Positions 12,311-25,363 of a DNA stretch of 64,000 bases are shown here, piece after piece. The notes under the pieces are model-generated. The model worked only from the letters and a program-made list of their open reading frames with translations, made no database searches and was not told the DNA's origin. Source of the DNA: Selaginella moellendorffii. Its lineage: Eukaryota > Plantae > Lycopodiophyta. The stretch lies in the NCBI RefSeq assembly GCF_000143415.4, contig NW_003314287.1, positions 1,076,203-1,140,202 on the forward strand, read 5' to 3'. The translations under genes were made by a program, and so were the position numbers. Each line of letters begins with the position of its first letter. Position 1 is the stretch's first letter.

Positions 12311-13016
12311 CATGCTTGCTGAAGGAACAAAAATTAATGGCCATAACCAAGAAACCACCAACTAAACACCTATTGTAATGTGTGATATTGTGATGAGATC
12401 ATTCAATACCTCAATTTTAGTGATCTATCAATTGCTCATGAATTTCATTTTTACATGATATTGTAAAAAGAAAAGGAGATTTGTGGAATATTTATCTCAC
12501 ATAATATAAATTAATATTACATACTTGCTTGTGTAAAATTTATGTTGTATACTTATGTAAAACCCTAACTAAATTTGAAGTGATGTCATGTTATCTAGGA
12601 TGATGTATCATCAGTCTTCAGTGGCAGAATGAGGTGTCATGTCCCATGCATATCCAATGACATAAATATTATATACATAATCATGTTTGAATTATTTATA
12701 TAAAAATTGAAAAGTGATTGTATGCATCATATTTTTGCATGCAACTAAAAAAAAAAAACTGTGCATGTGTCTCCAACATGTAATCATATATTTACCATAC
12801 TTCAAACCATTAAAATTTTTGAAAGTGCTCATTGATTTGAAGGTTTCATTTTTTTTAGCTCAAGAACTTTTTGAAGGGTTGAAATTAAAATTGCCTTTCC
12901 TTATAAAGTAAAATGGCTTGCACTAGCTTTCAATGTTTATATTTCTCTTTTCTTATCATTATTTGTTTAATCTCTTTAAAAGAAAAAACAAAAATTCTTT
13001 GCTCTTTCCACAAGCA

Positions 13017-13060
13017 TAATATTAGTATACGGCATCATAACTATACACTTGGACCTCATA
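13017..13060 (-). repeat. Fragment of the Gypsy-family LTR (5' end)
   Basis: The reverse complement TATGAGGTCCAAGTGTATAGTTATGATGCCGTATACTAATATTA matches the start of the LTR. Confidence 0.75.
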
Positions 13061-13571
13061 AAATGAATTTTTTTATAATATTCATTCTTTGACATTTTGC
13101 AAAATCTCAAAATAATGGCAACACATGGTAGCCAAAAGACTCCTGTCCCTCATTCATTTGATCATTTCAAGGGCTTTGCTTTTCCACTCTCACATCAGTT
13201 AAAGGGCTATAAGGCAAAAAACTTATATTGCTCTGTTTCCTAGGAATGATGCAATCCATCTTTAATTGCCCAAAGTTCTTTATAATTCCTAAACCTTTCC
13301 TCCACTTCAAAAGCAAATCAATTAAAATTTTCACATGGGCTACTAAACATCTCTACAGTTTATAATTACTCAGATAGAGGCATCAAGAGGGTCCATGAAG
13401 TTTAGTCCAGCGAAAATTTGTGAACAAATTCATTCATTCATCTCCGTGTGACACAAAAGCGATGATAAGAAGGTTCATTAAATGAAGAAAATTTCTATAC
13501 CTGGGCAACACATATCTTAACTTACAATTGAATGTGGAGAACCGGAACAACAAGCCTAATTCTAAGGTATA

Positions 13572-14575
13572 ATGGAGTCTCTCATAGCAAAGCTTGTCCC
13601 TCGCTTTGAGTTGCCTCTTCTTCCAAATAACATCCCCTCTGCTTGCCACCCGAATTCCTCTTCTCTCAGCCAAGAGCTCAATGAATGGCTCATCTCTAAG
13701 CTCGGTATCACTGACGAGAGCGCCAAGAAGAAGATTGTCCAGTCAAGAGTCATGCTCTTCACTTGTTTGATGCATCCCAATGGCGAGAGGGATAGAGTCC
13801 TCTTTGGCAGGGAAGCATTTGTGGGTGTACTTCCTGGTGGATGACATCCTCGAGTCAAGCAGCTGGGAAGGTTATGGCACCCTCAAATCCATCGTCTGGA
13901 GCATTGCCACCACTGGAATCTACAAAGAATCTGAGGAGTATGATCATCATTGCCTCGTGCTGCTGCTCTTGGTGGAAGTCATGGTGGAACTCCGCAAGGA
14001 AATGCCCACTTCTTTATTCGCTCGCTACTGCAAGATCCTCTCAATCTAACTGGATAGCGTCCAGGAGGAGGTCAAGCACCAAATCAATAACACGATCCCG
14101 AGCAGCGAGGAGTACCGGCTTCTCCACCGCCGCACTGGATTCATGGAGGTGATGGCCTGCATTATGACTGAGTTTTGCGAATCAAGCTTGAGGAATCGGT
14201 TGTAAACTTGGGAGAGATCCGTGAGCTCGTCAAGATCATGGACGACCACATTGTCATGGTGAACGACCTCTTGTCACTGCGCAAGGAGTATTACAATACC
14301 ACAACTGGGTAATTGTTTTGCTTGCGCATGGTTGTGCAACTTTCCAGAAGTGTGATCGTGTTTGTGAGATGATCAAGCAGGAGGAGGACTTGATTCTAGA
14401 TTTGCAAAAGAAACGTATCATCAAGGCAAAGGTGGACAAGAACCCAAATTTGCATATAATGTTCCAATCGGTGTGGCTGGTCATCTAAAGTGGTTTTTTA
14501 TTACTGCTTGTTACCATGGTTGTGACAACGCTTTGAGTTGTTTCATGGAACTTGGCCCTAATCCTGAAAAACAGT
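13572..14575 (+). pseudogene. Near full-length MTPSL pseudogene
   Basis: Collinear with 44229-45290 ([22 protein letters not shown].., [19 protein letters not shown]). Frameshift at ~13802, stop at 14047, several small deletions. Confidence 0.93.
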
Positions 14576-14610
14576 TTTTATTGTGGAAATTTGCTAATAT
14601 GTAAAAAAAT

Positions 14611-14743
14611 TAGTATAGTAGGATTTTTGTAGCCATTGAATTGATTTCAATCTAAATCACTCACTCTTGTATATAAGCTAAAGTTTTAAGTTAAAAAATG
14701 TGCATATTTTCTATATTTCATTTCCATATTCCATGCACTCACA
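14611..14743 (+). repeat. Truncated/solo LTR of the Gypsy family
   Basis: Diverged match to the 3' ~130 bp of the LTR, ending ..CCATATTCCATGCACTCACA. Confidence 0.75.
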
Positions 14744-15817
14744 ATTTATATTATGTAGAGATAACAACACCTAAAGGTGACAGCCTTCTTAAAGTCAGAA
14801 TAATTGACTTATTTTAGCAGTCCATGAATTCTTATGCATAAATCCAAAACGACATTGTAGAAACTTTAGATTCCTTGCATAAGAGATCCCTAAAGATTAA
14901 TTTTTTATAAACTACATAAACAATAGAAATTAAGTTCCTTTACATAAATCACATCAAAAAATACAAATTAATAGCAAACTGATAACAGACTCATTTTGAT
15001 ATTTCAAGGTTCACAAAACCAAGGGATTAAAATTTTTCATTATGTGTTTCCTATATAAGACTTTTATACAAAAATGAAGCTCAAAACTTTATTACCATAT
15101 GATATGTTTTTTGCATTGGTTTGAGCTCAATTGGCCTAGATGAGTCCATTAATGTAGCATTTGTGTGGCCCAAAACATTTCAAGGCATGTCCCACCTTCA
15201 CAATATGCTCCACCTGTGCAATCCATAAAAACCATGCTTGTGTAATATAGCAAAGTCAAACTGTACCCATAAAGAATATACTCTTCTTCTTAGATTCATG
15301 ATTAAAAAACCCTTCAAAACGATTTTTAAAAAAAAAACACTTCAAAATAATCATTTCTCCTTCCTGATTATCCACCTAAAAGGTGAGCAATTTTATCAAA
15401 TAAAAAAAAATCACTTGAACAGTGACCTTTTTGCATAAGAAAGGAAAAGTAACAATTATATCTTCCAAATTTATCAATTGTAAAAAGAATTAGGGCTTTA
15501 TAGTAATTTAATTACTTCTACGCATACTTAACGCGTATAGAGTACCTGGGTTTCCAATACTAGGGGCTTAATCCTTTTCTTGGCTAACAAGGAACATATA
15601 AACAAAAATCTAATTAAAAAGGTGGATTTATTTGAGCATAAATTTGATCCTCATCCAGAGGAAATCATATAAGAAGGGTCAGAATAATGTCAAGGAAAGT
15701 ACTTTCACTAGCAACTACCAAAATTACAGCACTAGCAGATATCGCAATTAACAATATATGTTATTTGCAGCAAATACTACTTGCTTTAAGTTGTGTAAAA
15801 TCTCACCCATTTTTAAT

Positions 15818-17554
15818 CTATAGAACCTCTTCGTAAATACTAGACATGAGCACATAAGCCGTGGCGTTCTTGTCATCGATTCTCATAACACCCTCAAACG
15901 CAACCCGTCCCACTTGCAAATTCTTCCACATCTTGCAACACTCCAGCAGCGCCATCCAAATCACAATGTCTGGTTTCACAGGCATTGTCTCCACCACCTT
16001 TCTCGCCTCCTCCAAGAGGTTGGCCTGCCCCAGCAATCTCACCATGCAAGTGTAATGCTCGATACCAGGAGCAATGCCGTGCTTGGATCGCATCTCCTCC
16101 AAGTAGAACTTTGCTCGATCCACGTGCCCAGATCGGCAGCACGCCGATAACACCGAGAGATACGTGATCGCATCGGGTTTGATTCCTTCTTCCGTCGACT
16201 GCATCCTCGTGAAGAGCTCGAAAACTCGCTGGGAATCGCCCTGGCGGCTGTATCCCGCAATGAGCGAGCTCCAGCTGACCAGATTCTTGCTGGGGATCGA
16301 CGAGAAGACCCTCTCGGCATCGCCCATGCTCGCGCATTTGCCATAGAAATCCACCAGCGCGTTGGAGAGAGAGAGGGGATCATCGCCATTGCTGGGAAGA
16401 AAGCATTTAGGGTTTATCCGGGCTTCCAGCTCTCGCCCGGAATCGAGATCGCCCAAACTCGCGCAGGCTCTCAACGCGGCGATGTGGGTGATTCGATTGG
16501 GCGCGCAGGAGGAAGAATCGCGCAAGCGCGAGTAGAGATTTAGCGCGAGCTTGGGGTCGTCGTTGTGGGCTCCCTGGATGAGGCAATTCCACGACACGAT
16601 GCTCCTCCTGTCCGGCCGGATCGATTCGAAGACCTGGATCGCCTCGCGGAGGCTGCCACACTTGGCGTACATGTCGATCAGCGTGTTGGCAGGGGCGAGG
16701 TCGACCAAATTCGCGGCCAGCGCCATCGAGTGGAAAGCTCGTCCCTTGCGAAGAATCCCAATCTCTCGATCTTGATTTCCTCCTCTTCCCTCGCCGGCCA
16801 GATTTGCGCAGGCCTTGATCGCCGCGAGGAGCGCGGTGGAATCGGGCTGGCATCCCTCGTCGCGCATCCTCTCGAAGAGCTCCAGCGCCAGCCTCGAATT
16901 GCCCGCATTGATAGCGCCCAGGACGATCGACGTCCAGCACACGACGTGGATCTCCCGCGCGCTCCACAAGACGTGTAGCGCGCCCGGGAAGCTCCCGGTC
17001 TTGGCGTAGGAATCCACCAGCGCCGCAACCACGAATCCATCCAGCTCCACCCCGACCCTGGCCGCGCGGTCATGGATCGCTCTCACCTTCTCCAGGCACC
17101 TTGCAGCGCCATCGCGATCGATCAATCCCGCCACGGCCTTGAGCGCCGCGAGTAGCGCCAGTCGATCGGGGGGCGGGCACCGCGAATCGGCCAGCAATCC
17201 AGCGTAGGAATCCAAGGCCAAGGCGAACTCCCCTGCGCGAGAGAGCGCCTGGATGATCGATGTCCACGAGACGAGGTCGGGAGATTCCAAGGAGTGGAAG
17301 ATCTGGCAAGCGTCGGCGATGGCGCCGCACTTGGAGTACATGTCGATGAGGAGATTGGCGAGGAGGGTGTTGGAGGCGTGGTGATTACCGGTGGCCATGG
17401 CGTGGGCGTGGAGCTTGCGACCCATGGCGAGATTTCTGGTGCTTCTACACACCTTGAGCGCCGCCAAGAGGAGGCCGATGCTGGGGATGGATCCCTCCTC
17501 TTGGATTCGCATATACATTGCGAGCGCTCGCTCGTCGCAACGCCCTCCAGCCAT
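15818..17554 (-). CDS. Pentatricopeptide repeat protein, PLS class with E domain, intronless
   Basis: 578-aa ORF with repeated LIDMYxKCG / VSWxxLI motifs, a PGIEHYTCMV-LLG motif and E-domain WMALLECC..AYVLMSSIY. No DYW domain. Confidence 0.92.
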   Translation of the reverse strand: MAGGRCDERALAMYMRIQEEGSIPSIGLLLAALKVCRSTRNLAMGRKLHAHAMATGNHHASNTLLANLLIDMYSKCGAIADACQIFHSLESPDLVSWTSIIQALSRAGEFALALDSYAGLLADSRCPPPDRLALLAALKAVAGLIDRDGAARCLEKVRAIHDRAARVGVELDGFVVAALVDSYAKTGSFPGALHVLWSAREIHVVCWTSIVLGAINAGNSRLALELFERMRDEGCQPDSTALLAAIKACANLAGEGRGGNQDREIGILRKGRAFHSMALAANLVDLAPANTLIDMYAKCGSLREAIQVFESIRPDRRSIVSWNCLIQGAHNDDPKLALNLYSRLRDSSSCAPNRITHIAALRACASLGDLDSGRELEARINPKCFLPSNGDDPLSLSNALVDFYGKCASMGDAERVFSSIPSKNLVSWSSLIAGYSRQGDSQRVFELFTRMQSTEEGIKPDAITYLSVLSACCRSGHVDRAKFYLEEMRSKHGIAPGIEHYTCMVRLLGQANLLEEARKVVETMPVKPDIVIWMALLECCKMWKNLQVGRVAFEGVMRIDDKNATAYVLMSSIYEEVL

Positions 17555-18811
17555 TTTGGACGATATTTTTTCCAGTTAAAAGACATTGAAGAACCCTAAA
17601 AACCAAAGAAAGAAATGGATTTTACCTTGAGCGCATGACGATTGGTCCGGTTCCATCACGCTTGCTCACCAGGTTTCTCAGGAATGATAAACAACCGCTG
17701 TGTTCTTCTCCTTGCGACACAAGAGTCTTGAAAACCAAATTGAGCTCCACAAGAAGAGGAAGACACACACACCATTCAATTTTCAAGAATGGCTCCAAAC
17801 ACTCCAGCAGCCGTTTGTAATGCTCTTGAAGAAGAATTGTATGAATTCTCGATTGCAAAAGATGTTTCGTTTTTTTTCTTTACCAGAAACCACAACCGGG
17901 ATTGCTTCCGAAGTTGCTCCACCTAAAGGAATGATCACATACAAAACAGTTTTGTAAAGTTACTTGGGTTTGAGGCGGGCATCGAAGATGCGGGCTTGCC
18001 CTTGGCAAGGGTGTATTACCAAGTGACCAGCTTCAATGGCATTCCTGCGGCAATGCTGGCCATCCAAACCATATGAAAGTGAGTTTCCGATATCTCTCAA
18101 GCTCCTATGCAGTGTCCATCACTCATTATTTTTATTTTTTCTGCCAACTAACATGGGACTATAATACTACATGAATGCAATGCATTATTCACCTCCCTCT
18201 GTTCCATTTAATCTTCACTACTTGAGTGCAACGTATACACAGTCGCTGACTCGTAGGCACCCGCAGACGCTAGTGATGTCCCACTTCAATTTGCAGCCAA
18301 TGTGCTCCACATCCGTAGTGTGGTTCATACCCATGAAACTCCAGCAGGTAGATGTCATATTTCGGTGTGGAAATTGTCCTATTTCATACAAAACCTAGCT
18401 AAATATTCTTGGAATATTTTCTTCAGATACATTAGAGGTGTGGGCATGAACGTACCTTGGTTTACAAATAGTTTTTTCCTTCTTACTTCACTGTTTATAC
18501 TTCAGATACTTCACGAAGTATGAGAATTTACAACATAATTTGCTAAATGTAGATTTTGACTAGTAACTAGTAACTCAAAGATTTCATTATTAATTTTTTA
18601 TAATTACTAGGATAGTAAATATAGGCACTCAAGGAATCAAGAGGTCCATGAAGCTTAGTCCAGCGAAATTTGTGAACGAATTTGTTCGTTCATCTCCGGG
18701 CCATGGTGTGACACAAAGCCGTGGTGATAAGAACGTTGATCTAATGGAGAAAATTTCTATACATTACCTGGGGTGACATTATTTATTACTTTGAGAACCG
18801 GAACAACCTAA

Positions 18812-19620
18812 ATGGAGTCTCTCATGGCAAAGGTTGTCCCTCACTTTGCTTCCAAACAACATCCCCTCTGTGACACATATCCTAACTTATAACTTTGAGA
18901 ACCAGAACAACCTAAAGTATAATGTGGCAAAGGTTGTCCCTCACTTTGCTTCCAAATAACATCCCCTTTGCTTGCCACCCGGATTTCTCTTTTCTGAGCC
19001 AAGAGTTTAATGAATGGTTCATCTCCAAGTTCGGCATCACTGATGAGAGTGCGAAGAAAAAAACACTTGCTTGATGCATCCCAAGGGTGAAGGGAGAGTC
19101 CTCTTGGCAGGAAGGTATTTGTGGGTGTACTTCCTGGTGGATGACATCCTCGAGTCAAGCAGCCAGGAAGTCAAGTCGAGTCAAGCCGCCCTCAAATCCA
19201 TCATCTGGAACATCGTCACCACTGGAATCTACAAAGCATCCGAGGAGCATGATCATCATCGCCTCGTGCTGCTGCTCTTGGTGGAAGTCATGGTGGAGCT
19301 CCACAAAGAAATACCCATTCTCTCGCTACTGCAAGATCCTCTCAATCTATCTGGATAGTGTCTAGGAGGAGGTCAAGCACCAAATCAATAACACGATCCC
19401 GAGCAGCGTGGAGTACCGGCTTCTCTGCCACCGCGCTGGATTTTTGTAGGTGATGGCGTGCATCATGGCCGAGTTTTTTTATGGGAATCAAGCTCAAAGA
19501 ATCGGTTGTAAACCTGGGAGAGATCCGTAAGCTCGTCAAGATCAGGGACGACCACGTACCTCTTGTCACTGCACAAGGGGTATTACAATGGCACCATTTG
19601 CCACAACTGGGTAATTGTTT
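18812..19620 (+). pseudogene. MTPSL pseudogene with local duplication of its 5' end; 3' truncated
   Basis: [43 protein letters not shown] and [15 protein letters not shown]; stops and frameshifts. Shares its 5' flank (18635-18810) with 13380-13570. Confidence 0.9.
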
Positions 19621-19947
19621 TAGGCTTTGTATGAAACTTTCTCATAGGACAATTTCCACACGGAAATATATGCACCTGTCAAACAAGATCAAGACCTCCA
19701 CTCTCTCCTTGGAAACATGACAGATGAGCTTTCAGACCTCATTGATTTCATGGAAGACTCTCCCAACTTGAATGCTTCTGCTTCTCGCCCTCTTCCTTTT
19801 CCGGATTCGAGGAATTCGACTATGGAGCTGGAGTGTTTGGAGAAGTTCCAGCAGGAATTCAAGGACAAGCTCAAGCACAGCTAGGAATGTCCTCACACAA
19901 ACTTTGTCTTTCCACTCTTCTTGAATAGTCGATTGTTTCACAAATAG

Positions 19948-20090
19948 GTTGATGCTCATGTTCCGGCACAAGGCGTTTCTCCACTGGTACACCGAGTTCT
20001 CTGAGGCGGAGAGATCTCAACGATCTGGTGACCGAGTACCAGCAGTACCGGAACGCTTCCATTGACGACAATGACTTTGGGGAGGATCCA
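19948..20090 (+). pseudogene. Beta-tubulin C-terminal fragment (left arm; deleted and frameshifted)
   Basis: [18 protein letters not shown] and [16 protein letters not shown]; 21-nt and 2-nt deletions relative to the right-arm copy. Confidence 0.85.
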
Positions 20091-20227
20091 ACTCGCCGCG
20101 CAATCCACAGCGTAAAAACCAGTTCCTTCTTTTTCACACAAAGGCAAAAGTTTTACTATTTTTTTCCAAGTCAAGGTTAGGTTATACTTTCTCGCTTGGA
20201 TTTTTCTAACGCGCACTTTCGTCAGGT

Positions 20228-21007
20228 ATGGATGCTTCTCTCCATCAAGAAGCTATGGTCTCTCGCGATCATGGGCCTCCAACGCTTGGAGCGCCCCGGC
20301 ATGGCGGCCATCATCGAGCTTCACACCCGCGAGCTCCAGATCCAGCGCATCGAGCAGCGCATGGACACCACCATCCTCGAGCATCTCATGGAGGCCACGA
20401 GCCAGCGCCAGCTTTAGCTCCAGGTCTTCAAGGTGGCGCTCCAGTTCCAGCTCCGGCTCCAGCGCCAGCTGCTTTCGTTCATGCTCGCGGCCACCTCCCT
20501 GGTGATCGAGCTCCAGCGCCTGCTCTCCTTGATCATGCTCGCCACCACGATCCAGCTCCACCAGCAGCGGTGTGCCATCATCATCACGGTGATGGAGCTC
20601 CTCTGGTTGTTCACCACCATCACCATGGTCACCATCATGGAGGACGCCACCACCACCACCACCACCACCACCACCGTCGCCACGGTCACAACGCAGCAGT
20701 GGCCACACCGACACCCGCGGCAGTAGTTACAGTGGCTCGTAGGACGCCGTGGTCGCTGCTCCAGCTTCTTCTCTGGGTTTTGGTTGCGATCTTGGTGCTG
20801 CTTGCGTGCTTTTTGCTAGTGCGATGGATGTTATCTCGAAGGAAACAGCGCAGGAATGCGATCTTTCAGGACCCCGGGTGGCGGATCGAAGTGACGAATC
20901 CTCTGGCAGTTGTGGTGGACGATTCTCTGACTGAGAAGAAAGAGAGCGAGTGGAGGATTAAAGTGCTAAACGCACAGGAGGAAGACGATCTGACTATGAG
21001 CTTGTGA
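20228..21007 (+). CDS. His/Pro/Ala-rich predicted single-pass membrane protein (possibly the last exon of a chimeric gene)
   Basis: Open 259-aa ORF with His runs and AP repeats, a hydrophobic segment WSLLQLLLWVLVAILVLLACFLLVRWML, then basic RRKQRR. A canonical 50-bp intron (20176-20225) lies just upstream. Confidence 0.55.
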   Translation: MDASLHQEAMVSRDHGPPTLGAPRHGGHHRASHPRAPDPAHRAAHGHHHPRASHGGHEPAPALAPGLQGGAPVPAPAPAPAAFVHARGHLPGDRAPAPALLDHARHHDPAPPAAVCHHHHGDGAPLVVHHHHHGHHHGGRHHHHHHHHHRRHGHNAAVATPTPAAVVTVARRTPWSLLQLLLWVLVAILVLLACFLLVRWMLSRRKQRRNAIFQDPGWRIEVTNPLAVVVDDSLTEKKESEWRIKVLNAQEEDDLTMSL

Positions 21008-22949
21008 AAGTACGGTGCTACCAGCATAGCAAGTGGTCGAGAGGTTTAAGCGGTGGGATTAGTGTGGTCTAGATTCGCTCTAAACGGCACCAACTGACGA
21101 TGCCTTACTCTCATGAAGTACCGAGGCGGTCATCTGGACGCTCAAACGGTTGATACTGCGTTGGAAGGCCAGTTCCAGTGTTTGGAGTGAAGAAGGACAC
21201 AGAGAGCTTCGTCGATCTGCAAAGGTCGGGTCGAAGCCTCGTCAAGTTTTTAAACGAATACCCCGGAAGCAACATCGTGGACTATCTTGATTGCCGGCTA
21301 TGCTCAGCTCGACGAACCGGACGAGCTGTTTCAACGGCTATGCTCAACCGCCGAAAGTTTAACTGTCGTGGCAGAACTGAAGGCTTGTGGAAGCTTGGCA
21401 GCTCTGGCAATTGGGAAGGTAACCCACTTGACTGTCTCCAGATATAGAGACGAAGTCATTGTGTCCGTGGCCAACTCAAAGCGGGAGTATCACTGGTGTA
21501 GTACCGCGAAGGACTGCCGAGTTATGGTCGAAGTCTTAAAACCAGACGGTGCTTCACTTCATCCTCGCTGAGTGTAGCCATGCTGGCTTCGTCGACACAG
21601 CAATCCAGGAATGAGCTGATCGTAGGTAACTCCAGATCTGGAGCACTTTCACTGTATGGTGGTGAGGCTGTCGTAAACGATGCCTCTGTTGATTATATTT
21701 TATGCTTTAAGATTTATTTCGACTTTTATTTATTGAAAAAGAAGAATATGTGGAATTTTTGGAGGAGATTTAGTTATCTTTTATTATTTTGGGAAAGAGA
21801 GAAGAGGCTATAACATATATAATATGAAAAGGTGGTTTTAAAGAATTATAAACTTTGTTTCTCTTTTCTGTCAACATTTTTGGTTCTGAAACACAAAGTT
21901 GTCTGAGTGTGTGCCAGTGTTCTTGTGGATAGCAAGCTCAACAACTTTACAATAGACTAGGCATGTCAAAGAGAGAGTTAATAGCAGCTTAGCTAATAAA
22001 AGATGATAAAATCAATTCTTCCTTTATAATAACTAAAAGTAGAAACAAAATTTAAGGCATAAAATAATTAACATAGCTTTTCACATCCTCTAGAAAGTTC
22101 AAATATAATTTTTGCTTTCTTGGTTCCCAAAACCAATCCATTATTGAGTAATGCCAAGAAAAATCCTTACAACCATTTCTGAGAGTATACTCATAACAGC
22201 CCTTCTTGTCAATTGTTCCTGAAGAGGATCATACTTCTCCAGGAATTCATCAAGGTCTGGAACATCATCTACCCCAATATTTTGCCCAAAATTCATAATA
22301 ATTTTACTTTTTGACAATACTTTATATGCTAAAAGTTTAATTGGAGGAGTGAGAAAAATTAATGGAGAGGCTATAATTAAAATAGTATGGTTAAAAGAGC
22401 ATAGTGAAAATGTTGTGGGATACCAAAATGGTTATAAAAATGATAAGAAATAAAGGAGTGTTGCTTTGGCATTTTGCTTTGAACGTGATCACTTGGGAAG
22501 TGGAAGAATGTTATAGCCAGACAGAAGCAAGCTGCAGCCTACATGCATATGGGATTGTAGGCAAAGTTCAGAAGAAGCTCGAACACTGACAAATATGGAA
22601 TCATTCATAAGTTCGTACTTATGCGATAAAACTCACGAACATAGGGACAAGATGGCTTCTCAAGGCTGCTCTCAAGGATCAGGGGTATGTTTCAGACGTA
22701 GGAGCCATTGCATGAGACATTCCTAAAGAAGAAAAAGAGGAGTCGTTTTGTGGGTACAGCAGGAGGCTGGCTATCATCGTGAGTTCAGAAGCAACGATGT
22801 GTATTGGCAAGAATTTGCATGTAGACCTGCAATGTTTCATCTCCACTCATAACTGCAAAGGTAGCTTGGCACTCAATCTCTTTTTCCAGCACATAGTAGC
22901 AAGGCTGTCAACTTGAGAAGCGTGCCAGCTGATTCCAGGATGGAAAATG

Positions 22950-23360
22950 GATTTTCCATCCTGGTAAGAACTAAGTTTACCTCTTTTGCTCACCAAAAAT
23001 AGATTCCACATTCTAAACAGCCTCTTGGACTCTACTCCCAAGTGTGGGATGCTCAGCAAGTTTTCACAGTACTTATGAGCAGCTGAAGGAAATGATGAAG
23101 CCAAGAAAGGAATGGCTCTTCATTTGGCAGCTTGCAAGGTGGGCTATGATCTTGATGTGTTTGTAGCAAGGAGTCTGGTGGATCTATACGTAAGGAGTGG
23201 GAGCATGGAAGATTCATGCAGGATGGGTGCGAAGTGTGGATATGAAGCTGATGCATTTGTTGTGAGCAGCCTTGTGAACATATGGAAGCATCATAAGTGT
23301 TTGAGAGGATGAAAAACCATGACATTGGTTGTATGGAATATAATCATCATGGGACATGCA
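22950..23360 (+). pseudogene. Decayed PPR remnant in the inverted-repeat spacer
   Basis: GYDLDVFVARSLVDLYVRSGSMED and GYEADAFVVSSLVNI. Confidence 0.65.
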
Positions 23361-25363
23361 CCTTGAGCTCTTCTATTGGATGTAATGAGATGCTAGACTT
23401 TGCATGAAGTAAAAAAACATTGTTTCATAGGATATGTTTAGAATACTCCTCAAAATATCCACTTTTGCTTTCAAGCTCTACAAGCAAGCTGGCAGCCAAA
23501 CACTCAGGCTTAACAGCAAAGGTGGACATTTTGAGGGAATATAGACAAGAATCTGCCACTTGTGTGCTTGCTCATCAGATTATATGGGAAGTCTGAAGAC
23601 ATGGCTATTGATCGAGAAGTTTAAATGCATCACTATCACAATGACACACTTTTGCATAAATCTAATCTTCATCCAAAGGAAATAAATGCAAAGGGGTATA
23701 ATAATGACATCATTGTTCCCACTATTATCTCTCTTTAAACCACTATGGCCTGGCTTTAATCCAAAGGAGTGTGCTGCCACCACCTTGCTAGTGCCTCAAG
23801 ATTACCTTGAATTTGGATTTACCCACTTTGTTGTCTTTTGCCATGGGTATGAATCTATTGCTTCAAACAAGAGAACTCCCAAAACAAAACTTAAGGGCCA
23901 AACATCTCCTCTTTCCAATGGCTTTCTTATACACTTCCAATACCAATTGTATCAACATTCTACTTTCTATTTGTTGGCACTTTTGCACAAAGAAGAAAGA
24001 GTCCACAAGCTTCACATGAAGGATTTTTGGGGCAGCTTGGACATGAGATGATTGGTAGTTTCCTTTAAATGGGGGATATTGTCATTTGAGGGGCATTGCT
24101 ATTTTGAAGTGTGAGAGATAGGGTATAGAAAAAAATAAGGAAAACTAACTTTTTGCTCTAGCTTTAGTTATGATTGTAGATTTGCTATGTGTGTTCTTAT
24201 AGGTTTTACATCCAAGTCAAGATATACACTGAGTTTATTCACCTCCTTAATGTCATATGGAACATTTAATTTTAAAATAACATCATCAATAGTATTATGA
24301 CTATCATTAACTCTTCATTAGGACCACCCCCACGTCTGAAATGTACCCCTGATCCTTGAGAGCAGCCTTGAGAAGCCATCTTGTCCCTATGTGCGTGAGT
24401 TTTATCCCATAAGTACGAACTTATGAATGATTCCACGTTTGTCAGTGTCCAAGCTTCTTCTGAACTTTGCCTACAGGCCCATATGCATGTAGGCTGCAGC
24501 TTGCTTCTTGTCTGGCTATAACATTCTTCCACTTCCCAAGTGATCACATTCAGAGCAAAATGCCAAATAATAAAATTATTAGCTAATAAAAGATACGATG
24601 ATATCAACTATTTAATCTCCTTCAAACATTCCACATATTCAATAAATAAAAGTCGAAATAAATCTTAAAGCATAAAATATAATCAACAAAGGCATCGTTT
24701 TCGCCATCTCGACAGCCTCACCACCATACAGTGAAAGTGCTCCAGATCTGGAGTTACGTACGATCAGCTCATTGCCTGGATTGCTGTGTCGACCAAGCCA
24801 GCATGGCTACACTCAGTAAGGATGAAGTGAAAGCAATCCCGTCCGGTTTTAGACTTCCAGAACAAAGCTGCAAGTGACCATCGCAGTACTACATTCTCAG
24901 CACCAGCGATACTCCCGCCTTGAGTTGGCCACGGATGCAATGACTTCGTCTCTATATCTGGAGATAGTCAAGTGAATTACAGAGCTGCCAAGCTTCCACA
25001 AGCCTTCAGTTCTGCCACGAAAGTTTATCAGCATCCGTTGAAACAGCTCGTCCGGTTCGTTGTACTGAGCATAGCCAGCAATCAAGATAGTCCACGATGT
25101 TGCTTCCGGGGTATTCGTTTAAAAACTTGATGAGGCTTCGACGTGACCTTTGCAGATCGACGAAGCTCTCTGTGTCTTCTTCACTCCAAACACTGGAACA
25201 GGCCTTCCAACGCAGTATCAACCGTTTGAGAGTCCAGATGACAGCCTCGGTACTTCATGAGAGTAAGGCATCGTCAGTTGGTGCCGTTTAGAGCGAATCT
25301 AGACCACACTAATCCCACCACTTAAACCTCTCGACCACTTGCTATGCTGGTAGCACCGTACTT

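Larger units (their letters stand above)
19671..22699 (+). repeat. Left arm of a large inverted duplication
   Basis: 19671-21775 is the reverse complement of 24605-26703, and 22465-22699 of 24332-24567. Confidence 0.93.

Noticed and set aside
17620-18500. Exon-like stretches on the + strand
   Set aside because: They contain stops, and I could not assign a family or a consistent gene model.
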